Origin: Heptranchias perlo | Taxonomy: Eukaryota | Direction: 5' to 3' | DNA: 64,000 nt | NCBI RefSeq assembly: GCF_035084215.1 | Contig: NC_090359.1 | Span: 20,832,001-20,896,000, forward strand | Shown: piece by piece, positions 13,113 through 23,979 of the stretch | Position numbering within the stretch: the first letter of the stretch is position 1 | Layout: each line of letters opens with the position of its first letter | Notes under the pieces: generated by a model | Databases searched by the model: none | Told to the model about the DNA's origin: nothing | The model's input: only the letters and a program-made list of their open reading frames with translations | Position numbers and translations under genes: made by a program

Positions 13113-13190
13113 CCACTAGGGGGACAAGGACGTGCTCATTATAATTGGTGTGGGTGCTGTGCCACCTGCTGTTGGTGACCCAGTACTGCA
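13095..13190. promoter_or_regulatory. Convergent pair of CTCF-like motifs with upstream motifs, spacer 2
   Basis: + TGCAGTGAC-9nt-CCACTAGGGGGACA (13095-13126). - TGCAGTACT-9nt-ACAGCAGGTGGCAC (13190-13159). Confidence 0.6.
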
Positions 13191-13417
13191 ACTGAATCAC
13201 AATTGGGCCCCGGCTGTTCAGTGGGTCGTTTGCTCTTTTTATATAAAAGATGTAGATTCTACACTGATGTCACATCGAGATGTTCAGCAACTCAAGGGGG
13301 TGCCTCCTTCCCAGGGGCACTTTTTATTGGAGATAAGATTCCTCAGGAATTGTCCCCTTGGATTGGAAAATTGCCAAAGTCACTCCATTATTGGGAGGAG
13401 AGATAATGAGAGACATT

Positions 13418-14243
13418 AATCGACTGGAATCTGTTGTCAGGGGCAGTGACTGAGCACTTGGATAAAGATGGAGCCAGCATGGATTGTAAAGGATAAGTCA
13501 TGTTTAACAAACCCAGTTAAATTTGTTGAGGTCACTAACGGGGTCGATGAGGGAATATCCATGGATGTTATTTATGTGGAATTCCAGGAGGCATTCGATA
13601 GCGTTCCACATAAGAGACGAGTCACAAAAATGAGAAATATCTGGAATTTGAGGCAACCTATTGATGAGGGTAGAGAATTGGTTAGGAGACAGGGTGGGGA
13701 TAATGGGTCTGTACTCAAATTGGCAGGATGTGACCAGTGGTGTCCCCCAGGGATCTGTACTGGGGCCTCAGCTTTTCACTCTATAACAGACTTGGATGAA
13801 GGAATAGAGAGCTGTATATCCAAGTTTGCTGATGACACTAAGTGAGGTGACACAATAATTAGTGTAGACGGGAGCAGAACGTTTCAAAGGGACATTGATA
13901 GATTAAGTGAGTGGGCAAAACCGTGGCAGGTGGAGTTCACCATGGGGGGAGGGGGAGGTCACCCACTTTACACCCAAGAAAGATCAGAGTATTTTCAAAA
14001 TGGGGAGAAGCTCGGAACTGTGGAGGAGCAGAGAGATTGAGGGGTCCAAGTACAGGAATCACTAAAAGCTAGTGAACAGGTACAAAAATAATTTAGCAGG
14101 CTAAAGGAATGTTGGTCTTTATCTCAAGAAGGCTGGATGTTATGCTACAGTTATATAAAGCTCTGGTCAGTTCTGGGCAGCGAACCTCAGGAAGGATATA
14201 TCGGTCTTGGAGGGGGTGCAGCACAGATTCACCAGAATGATAC
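13418..14243 (+). mobile_element. Decayed CR1 LINE, 5' part (long-spacer form, interrupted by the LINE insertion)
   Basis: Homologous to 6955-7770. Breaks at cagattcaccagaatgatac and resumes at ~16492. Confidence 0.85.
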
Positions 14244-16491
14244 TGTCCATGGCAGTATTGGTAGGAGTGACCACCGCACAGTCCTCGTGGAGACGAAGTC
14301 CTGTCTTCGCACTGAGGACACCATCCAACGTGTTGTGTGGCACTACCGCCGTGCTAAATGGGATAGATTCAGAACAGATCTAGCAGCTCAAAACTGGGCA
14401 TCCATGAGGCGCTGTGGGCCATCAGCAGCAGCAGAATTGTATTCCAGCACAATCTGTAACCTCATGGCCCGTCATATTCCTCATTCTACCATTACCAACA
14501 AGCCAAGGGATCAACCCTGGTTCAATAAGGAGTGTAGAAGAGCATGCCAGGAGCAGCACCAGGCGTACCTAAAAATGAGGTGCCAACCTGGTGAAGCTAC
14601 AACTCAGGACTACATGCATGCTAAACAGCGGAAGCAACATGCTATAGACAGAGCTAAGTGATTCCACAACCAACGGATCAGATCAAAGCTCTGCAGTCCT
14701 GCCACATCCAGTCGTGAATGGTGGTGGACAATTAAACAACTAACAGAAGGAGGAGGCTCTGTAAACATCCCCATCCTCAATGATGGCGGAGTCCAGCACG
14801 TGAGTGCAAAAGACAAGGCTGAAGCATTTGCAACCATCTTCAGCCAGAAGTGTCGAGTGGATAATCCATCTCAGCCTCCTCCCGAGATCCCCACCATCAC
14901 AGAAGCCAGACTTCAGCCAATTCGATTCACTCCACGTGATAACAAGAAACGGCTGAGTGCACTGGATACAGCAAAGTCTATGGGCCCCGACAACATCCCG
15001 GCTGTAGTGCTGAAGACTTGTGCTCCAGAACTAGCCACGCCTCTAACCAATCTGTTCCAGTACAGCTACAACACTGGCATCCACCCGACAATGTGGAAAA
15101 TTGCCCAGGTATGTCCTGTCCACAAAAAGCAGGACAAATCCAATCCGGCCAATTACCGCCCCATCAGTCTACTCTCAATCATCAGCAAAGTGTCATCGAC
15201 AGTGCTATCAAGCGGCACTTACTCGCCAATAACCTGCTCACCGATGCTCAGTTTGGGTTCTGCCAGGACCACTCGGCTCCAGACCTCATTACAGCCGTGG
15301 TCCAAACATGGACAAAAGAGCTGAATTCCAGAGGTGAGGTGAGAGTGACTGCCCTTGACATCAAGGCAGCATTTGACTGAGTGTGGCACCAAGGAGCCCG
15401 AGTAAAATTGAAGTCAATGGGAATTAGGGGGAAAACTCTCCAGTGGCTGGAGTCATACCTAGCACAAAGGAAGATGGTAGTGGTTGTTAGAGGCCAATCA
15501 TCTCAGCCCCAGGACATTGCTGCAGGAGTTCCTCAGGGCAGTGTCCTAGGCCCAACCATATTCAGCTGCTTCATCAATGACCTTCCCTCCATCATAAGGT
15601 CAGAAATGAGGATGTTCGCTGATGATTGCACAGTGTTCAGTTCCATTTGCAACCCCTCAGATAATGAAGCAGTCCGAGCCCGCATGCAGCAAGATCTGGA
15701 CAACATCCAGGCTTGGGCTGATATTTGGCAAGTAACATTCGCTCCAGACAAGGACCATCTCCAACAAGAGAGCATCTAACCACCTCCCCATGACATTCAA
15801 CGGCATTACCATCGCTGAATCCCCCACCGTCAACATCCTGGGGATCATCATTGACCAGAAGCTTAACTGGACCAGCCATATAAATACTGTGGCGACAAGA
15901 GCAGGTCAGAGGCTGGGTATTCTGCGGCGAGTGACTCACCTTGTGACTCTCCAGGGCATTGCCACCATGTACAAGGCACAAGTCAGGAGTGTGATGGAAT
16001 ACTCTCCACTTGCCTGGATGAGTGCAGCTCCAACAACAATCAAGAAGCTCGACACCATCCAGGACAAAGCAGCCCGCTTAATTGGCACCCCATCCACCAC
16101 CCTAAACATTCACTCCCTTCACCACCAGTGCACTGTGGCTGCAGTGTGTACCATCCACAGGATGCACTGCAGCAAATCGGCAGGGGTTCTTCGACAGCAC
16201 CTCCCGAACCCGCGACCTCTACCACCTGGAAGGACATGGGCAGCAGGCACATGGGAACAACACCACCTGCACGTTCCCCTCCAAGTCACACACCATCCTG
16301 ACTTGGAAATATATCGGCTGTTCCTTCATCGTCGCTGGGTCAAAATCCTGGAACTCCCTTCCTAACAGCACTGTGGGAGAACCGTCACCACACGGACTGC
16401 AGCGGTTCAAGAAGGCGGCTCACCACCACCTTCTCAAGGGCAATAAATGCTGGCCTTGCCAGTGATGCCCATGTCTCATGAACAAATAAAA
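14244..16491 (+). mobile_element. 5'-truncated CR1/L2-group LINE (end of APE + RT), ~2.25 kb, nested in CR1
   Basis: GRSDHRTVLV (APE C-terminal SDH motif), PWFN, KSMGPDNIP, GVPQGSVLGP, MFADD. Same lesions as 1-1401. Confidence 0.9.
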
Positions 16492-16875
16492 TGTTAAATT
16501 ATGAGTACAGGCAACATTGACCAGGCTTTTATCCCCTTGTGCGTAGAAAATTAAGGGGTGATCTTGTCAAGACGTCTAAAGGATTTGATGGGGTAGATAT
16601 TTCCTCTGGTGGGGGGAGTCCAGACCAAGGGGGCATAACCTTACAATTAGAGCTAGGCCATTCAGGGGTGATGTCAGGAAGCACTTCTTCACACAAAGGG
16701 GAGTGGAAATCTGGAACTCTCCCAAAAGCTGGTGAAGGGGATTAATTGACAATTTCAAAACTGATCAATAGGTGTGTGTTAGGTAAGGGTATTAAGGGTT
16801 TATGGAACCATGGTGGGTCGATGGGGGTTAAGAGATTAGCCATGATCTAATTGAATGGTAGAACATGATCCTATG
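16492..16875 (+). mobile_element. 3' part of the interrupted CR1
   Basis: gttaaattatgag...ttaaggggtgatctt...ggggcataaccttac...cttcacacaaaggg. Confidence 0.75.
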
Positions 16876-17287
16876 ACAAGACCAGCAAATGAACACAAAC
16901 CAATGATTAAAATGCTCCCAATCACAGAACTTGGCACAGTTCAATGGGACTCAATATCCCCACGGTTAAACGATCAGGGAGCCTGTAGTCAGGCTGGTCA
17001 AACTCACACCACACAGATACTCAAGACCAGGAGAACCCCTCAAGACCAATAAACATTTCATTAACAATGAACATGAAATATTTGTATAGCTAGTTATTAC
17101 ACTAGTCTTAAACAGTAACCAAATGAAATTCACTACAATGAGATTTGTTCCTCATTCAATCACTTTATTGATTATTTGATAACTGGCACTTATTGTCTGT
17201 CTCCAGCCCACACAACATCCAGTGGACAAATGAGCAACCAGCCATTAGAAGATACAAGTAGTCACTGCTTTATTGGTCATTTGATAA

Positions 17288-20114
17288 CTAGTTGAACTGG
17301 GTTTGCTTGTGTTTCCTGTACAGGAACAAGGCGATCAAAGAAGCAGAGATCAGAGAGACAGCGCTCACACTCAGGGCCAGGATCAAGACCACCTCAGACT
17401 CCACACCTAAAAAGCAACAAGTAACCAATGGTTAGAGAAGGAAATACTGAGGGGAAAATGGAAACTAGCAGTCAGCCAACTCACCACCTGGAGACCTCTC
17501 CTGCATCCTTTGCTCAACCTCATTAAGGGGCTCAGTTGCCAGGTCTGTCACATCAGGATCCAGAATGACCAGGGGTCCAAGTGAGGCCTCACCCTCCCAC
17601 TTCAATTCAGCATCACTCTCTGCAATATCAAACATTCCAGTTAGAGAGGGTAAAGGGGGACCTCCAACATAGAGAGGATCAATGTCCTACCAGGTCCAGA
17701 TACAAGATCCCTCCTTCCTCTGGAATCAGGTCGGAATTCCCTCGTGGCACCGCAGTCGTCCAGATGACAACAGGCACATATGTCATTGGTCGATTCTTCC
17801 AATGGGGTCCAGCTAAACCAGAGAATCAGTTTATCAACCAGGTTGTGCATCACTTCACACAACACATCCCCGTGGGAGAAAGGGAACTTACACATTCTGC
17901 ATCTTGTGGAAAGTACAAGCTTTGTTCATGGAATCTCTCCGATCCACTGCAGCAACTTTCAGGTGACAGGTGATGAAAATCTGAGGGACACATTCAATAC
18001 AAGTTGTTATTCAGTGACTCCCCTCCCAACATGGGGAACCCAATGATCGGCTTCCTCTTACCAGGGAACGGTCATCTCCAAAGAAACGGAACGCATCCAG
18101 GTCAAACTGGAGTTTGTCCAGCTCACGTTCATCTCTGGGCAACACAAAGGTTGAAAAGGAGTCCTCGGCTTTGCTGTCCAGGAGGCAACTGAAGATTCAA
18201 AAAAAAGGGCCATGAAGTGAATCAAGTGAAGCCATTGAGAGGAGAGCAGCTGGAGAAAGCAGAGAGCTCCTTACCCATGGTAGTCAATGATGTTGTATCT
18301 TGGGGTGGAATCCTTGTCTGGGCTCAATGTAGCTGCACAGTTGTCAATGTAGAGCTTCAGGGGCATGTGGTTGGTCATTGAAACAGAGGCCTCAATGTGA
18401 ATGAGGTCACCCAGGTAGTAGACAGTCGAGGTGCGCTCTGTAAGCCAGTCATCTGAAGAACAAGAGTTGGAGACAGTGGGTGTAACTCCCATTGGGCAAA
18501 GACAGGAAAGCCCTCCCCGTCCACCCATCACATACCATTCATTAGACGCAGTGAGAATGACAGAAGCCCTTCTCCAGACTTGGTCGAGCTGAATGGGATC
18601 CAGGTGGGCTTGATGGGGTCACTGCTCACATTGCCCTTCCTGGAAAGGACAGTGGAGTCATTTTAGGACAAGTTCAGAGAACGACAGCAGCCGTAGATCA
18701 GATTTGCAACAGAGTAAAGATTCTTACCTCAAATAGTGGCACTGGATGGGAATGACAGCTCCATTAGTTCTCACAATGACTGATCTACCAGCATTTGGGG
18801 TGTGGTTCAGGTGGGTGGTGTAGACCAGGAAATCTCCAGCCATCTGAAAGACATCAGGTGAAGGAATGAAGAGCTGGTCTCATTGGACAAAAGCTATTTC
18901 TGGTCATTTTCCTGCCCTGTTAAGCAGCAGTTTGAGGGGTTTCAGTTGCTCCCCAATGACACATGATTGAAGCAGCTCCACCATTGAGTGAAGTTGCCTG
19001 GAGCAGCCTCTGTTACTCTGCTCAGTCCACCTTCTATTACAGGGGACTTCAGGCCTGCAGTCACAAACCCGGAAATGATTTGGCTCAGCCAGGTTAGATG
19101 AGAATTCTACCCTTTATAGAATAGAGCTTCCACCGTAAGGGGCTTCAATTGACCCCTGGGATGGAGCACTAAACACCACATCACTTTTAAACCTCATTTG
19201 TGTCCGTGGAATCACGGAGGGGGTCGGCAGGTCTAAGAACCAAGTGGAGTTCCCCTTTAATACATTGTAGCCCAATTATCCCACGAGTTTAGTCTTTCAA
19301 GAGAAGTCCCAACAGGTTCGACAACACTGAACATCCATTGACCTGAAGTTGAGGCAACAGACCAGAATATCCATGAGAAGGAAAAGGATAAATCTGCAGA
19401 GGAACAAAAGGAAGGACTTGTTTGGGGAAATGTAGGTGAAGGTGCAAGGCCAATAGAATTGAAAATCAAAGTTAGAGAATGGGAAAGACCAGTTAAAGAA
19501 AGTTGTAGAGTCTTGGAGACAAATTAGAATCTTTTAAAAATAAAAGATAAGAGACATATCAACAAAGTCATTTCACACTGGGTGATAGTTAACATGTCAA
19601 GAACCTGTACAGGGATTGGAGGCAGAGTTCAGGGATCTCCTCAAACTAAGTGGCTGGAGTTTCACCCAATGTGAATGAGTTCAGAGTGAGGAGTAATCTA
19701 CACAGTGAAATTGGAGCAAGAGTTGAGGAATCACATTACCTGCAATCTGCTGCCACATTCATGGAGCCCATAGTCAAAGAGGACACTGTGGTTCTGAGAG
19801 TAGATCCCAGTTGGCCGACAACCTGCTGTCCCCAGGGTCAGGTCAGCAGCTTTAATCAGGTGCCTGGTTCTAAATAAATCCATGTCCACCCTCACCAGGA
19901 GGTTCTGCTCTCCACACTGCACCATCACAGTCTGCAGTGGGGACAGACTTCTCCCCTCAGACAGGCTGAAATGGGAACCAAAGGGAGGGGCAGGAGTGGC
20001 CTTCTCAATGTTCCATGGGAAGTCCCTGTTTCTAAACCGCTGCCAAGTATCAGAGCAACAAACAGCTCCGACCAAAACCAACAGAGAAACCAAACCCTTC
20101 ACTAGTTGCCCCAT
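17288..20114 (-). CDS. ZP3: ZP3-like, copy 3 (9 exons, 454 aa)
   Basis: Exons 20114-19740, 18843-18728, 18639-18536, 18452-18275, 18188-18062, 17980-17892, 17812-17691, 17619-17485, 17406-17288. Splice sites intact, no visible frameshift. Confidence 0.93.
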
Positions 20115-21645
20115 AATACAAACTATTACAGCTCAACTGGGAACTGAAGGGAGTCACTGGTCCCTTTTATACACAACCTGTAGTCAGTCACCTGACACCA
20201 ATTGGATAAACGACCAATAGACTAATCTCATGACATCTTCCAACAATCTCACTCATTGGTTGGTCTCGCAAAAGATCTTCACACGGAGAGACTGGGTTAG
20301 TGATTGGGAGATGATCCAATGGAATTAGTCCAGGTTGCAGACAATCTGGGTCTCCTCTTCTTGTGTAACCATCATAAAAACCCCCCGAACAACCAATCTC
20401 AACTAAAGTGCCCCCTCCTGAGAGGGGCTCAAACGATAATCACCCAAATCATAAAAAAACAAAGGAAACTTATCAAATTCAATCATAATACTGAACGATA
20501 GGCGCTCCGATCCCTGCGGTGCCCACCGGCCGCGGAAAGCCTCGAGCGTACTGGCAAACACCGCGTGCTCCCTCTCCAGGGGTCACCCGGGCGCGGAGAA
20601 CGCCGCGGAAGAGAGGCAGACAGTCGGAGAGACCGTCACCCCACGGGCCGCGTCCAACCTGGACCTGTGGATGGTCACCTTGGCCAGGCCCAGGAGCAGG
20701 CCCACGAGGAGATCCTTCGACCTGCCCACCCCCCCCTTCCTCACTGGGTGGCCCCAATCCAGAGACTTGAGCACATTATCCAGGCTGACACCCCCAGTGC
20801 CTGTACTGAGGGAGTGCTGCACTGTCGGAGGGGCCGTCTTTCTGTTGAGATGTTAAACGGAGGCCCCTCTCAGGTGGACGTAAAAGATCCCACGCCCTCT
20901 ATTTCGAAGAAGAGAGAGGAGTTCTCCCCGTGTCCTGGTCAATATTTATCCCTCAACCATTATCACTAAAACAGATGATCTGGTCATTATCTCATTCTGT
21001 TTGTGGGATCTTGCTGTGCGCAAATTGGCTGCTGCGCTTCCCACATTACAACAGTGACTACACTTCAAAAAGTACTTCATTGGCTGTAAAACGCTTTGGG
21101 AAGTCCTGTAGTTCGATCAAGTGACTGCTCCTCCTGTGCGATCGGAGACAGCAAGTGTCAGAAGGCTTGTCCCAGTCTGTATATCCCCCCACACCCCACC
21201 CTTAGTGTTTTGTTAAGTGTGGTCACTGTTGTAATGTAGGAAACGCAGCACCCAATTTGCGCACAGCAAGATCCCACAAACAGCAATGTGATAAATGACC
21301 AGATAATCTGGACACCAGGGAGAACTCCCCCGCTCTCCTTCAAAATAGTGTCTGCAGGGGGTCTTGCTATGAGAAAATACAATGTGGATTGGTTTACATA
21401 GAAAATAGGAGCAGGGGTAGGCCATTCAGCCCAGATAACAGCTTCTATAATTCTGCGTATGTATTGGGAGGCTGGAGAAGGCAGGTTATAAATGCACAGC
21501 CACCGTTTGTATGTTGTGCTCGAGACTTTGTGCAAACTCTCAGTAAACCCGGGTGAGACTGTCAGACTTTTCCTTTGTTGTCCCGGCGTCTCTCTGTATT
21601 CACGGCAATAAGTTAATATTCACAAGAGTTTTCACACAGGGGACA

Positions 21646-22064
21646 GTGACCGGGCAGTGCCCGGCTCCTGCGGTGACCGGGCGGTGTCCAGCTCCAGTAG
21701 TGACCGGGCAGTGCCCGGCTCCTGTATTGATCGGGCAGTGCCCGGCTCCTGTATTGACCGGGCAGTGCCCAGCTCCTGTAGTGACCGGGCAGTGCCCAGC
21801 TCCTGTAGTGACCGGGCAGTGCCCAGTTCCTGTAGTGACCGGGCAGTGCCCAGCTCCTGTAGTGACCGGGCAGTGCCCAGCTCCTGTAGTGACCGGGCAG
21901 TGCCCAGTTCCTGTAGTGACTGGGCAGTGCCCAGCTCTTGTGGTGACTGGGCAGTGCCCAGTTCCTGTAGTGACCGGGCAGTGCCTGGCTCCAGTAGTGA
22001 CCGGGCAGTGCCCGGCTCCTGTAGTGACCGGGCAGTGCCCAGTTCCTGTAGTGACCGGGCAGTG
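21646..22064. repeat. 27-bp minisatellite, 16 units
   Basis: Same unit; (22051-21646)/27 = 15 intervals. Confidence 0.95.
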
Positions 22065-22142
22065 CCACTCGGGGGACAAGGATGTGCTCATTATAATTGG
22101 TGTGGGTGCTGTGCCACCTGCTGTTGGTGACCCAGTACTGTA
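22065..22142. promoter_or_regulatory. CTCF-like pair, spacer 3 (+ core mutated A>C)
   Basis: + CCACTCGGGGGACA 22065-22078. - ACAGCAGGTGGCAC 22111-22124 with TACAGTACT. Confidence 0.5.
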
Positions 22143-22359
22143 ACTGAATCACAATTGGGCCCCGGCTGTTCAGTGGGTCGTTTGCTCTTTTTATATAAAA
22201 GTTGTAGAATCTACACTGATGTCACATCGAGATGTTTAACAACTCAAGGGGGTGCCTCCTTCCCAGGGGCACTTTTTATTGGAGATAAGATTCCTCAGGA
22301 ATTGTCCCCTTGGATTGGAAAATTGCCAATGTCACTCCATTATTGGGAGGAGAGATAAT

Positions 22360-23575
22360 GAGAGACATTAATCGACTGGAATCTGTTGTCAGGGGCAGGG
22401 ACTGAGCTCTTGGATAAAGATGGAGCCAGCATGGATTGTAAAGGATAAGTCATGTTTAACAAACCCAGTTAAATTTGTTGAGGTCACTAACGGGTCGATG
22501 AGGGAATATCCATGGATGTTATTTATGTGGAATTCCAGGAGGCATTCGATAGCGTTCCACATAAGAGACTAGTCACAAAAATTAGAAATATCTGGAATTT
22601 GAGGCAACCTATTGATGAGGGTAGAGAATTGGTTAGGAGACAGGGTGGGGATAATGGGTCTGTACTCAAATTGGCAGGATGTGACCAGTGGTGTCCCCCA
22701 GGGATCTGTAGTGGGGCCTCAGCTTTTCACTCTATAACAGACTTGGATGAAGGAATAGAGAGCTGTATATCCAAGTTTGCTGATGACACTAAGTGAGGTG
22801 ACACAATAATTAGTGTAGACGGGAGCAGAACGTTTCAAAGGGACATTGATAGATTAAGTGAGTGGGCAAAACTGTGGCAGGTGGAGTTCACCATGGGGGG
22901 AGGGTGAGATCACCCACTTTACACCCAAGAAAGATCAGAGTATTTTCAAAATGGGGAGAAGCTCGGAACTGTGGAGGAGCAGAGAGATTGAGGGGTCCAA
23001 GTACAGGAATCACTAAAAGCTAGTGGACAGGTACCAAAAATAATTTAGCAGGCTAAAGGAATGTTGGTTTTTATCTCAAGAGGGATGGAAGTTATACTAC
23101 CGTTATATAAAGCTCTGGTTAGACCCCATTTAAATACTGCGTTCAGTTCTGGGCAGCGAAGCTCAGGAAGGATACTGGAGCTAAAAGGGTTAAGTTATGA
23201 GGACAGGTTGCACAGACTGGGCTTGTATTCCCTTGTCTGCAGAAGGTAAAGTGGTGATTTAATTGAGATGTTTAAGATGATTGAAGGATTTGATGGGGAT
23301 GAGAGAGAGAAATTATTCCTACTGGTCAGGAGTGTCCAGAACAAAGGCGCATAACCTTAAAATTAGAACTCGGAAGCAATTCACACAAAGGGGAGTGGAA
23401 ATCTCAAACTTTCTCCCAAAAGCTGGTGAAGGGGATTAATTGAGAATTTCAAAACTGATCAATAGATCCGTGTTAGGTAAGTGCATTAAGGGTTTATGGA
23501 ACCAAGGTGGGTCGATGGGGGTTAAGAGATCAGCCATGATTTAATTGAATGGTAGAACATGATCCTATGACAAGA
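22360..23575 (+). mobile_element. Decayed CR1 LINE, short-spacer form
   Basis: Near-identical to 6955-8160, including the same internal deletion. Confidence 0.85.
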
Positions 23576-23979
23576 CCAGCAAATTAACATCAATTTACAA
23601 AATGCTCCCAGTCATTGATAACTTGGCACAGTTCAGTGGGACTCAATATCCCCACGGTCAGAGGATCAGGGAGCCTGTAGTCAGGCTGGTCAAACTCACA
23701 CCACACAGATACTCAAGACCAGGAGAACCCCTCAAGACCAATAAACATTTCATTAACAATGAACATGGAACATTTGTATAGCTAGTTATTACACTAGTCT
23801 TCAGTCAGTAACCAAATGAAATTCACTACAATGAGATTTGTTCCTCATTCAATCACTTTATTGATGATTTGATAACTGGCACTTATTGTCTGTCTCCAGA
23901 CCACACAACATCCAGTGACAAATGAGCAACCAGCCATTAGAAGATACAAGTCATCACTGCTTTATTGGTCATTTGATAA

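Noticed and set aside
14244-16491. Active or domesticated reverse transcriptase
   Set aside because: 5'-truncated, with stops and frameshifts shared by both copies.
21553-22152. Cys-repeat ORFs (VTGQCPAPV)n resembling antifreeze or keratin-associated proteins
   Set aside because: The 27-bp unit is open in several frames on both strands, and the flanking frames are not conserved among the three spacers.
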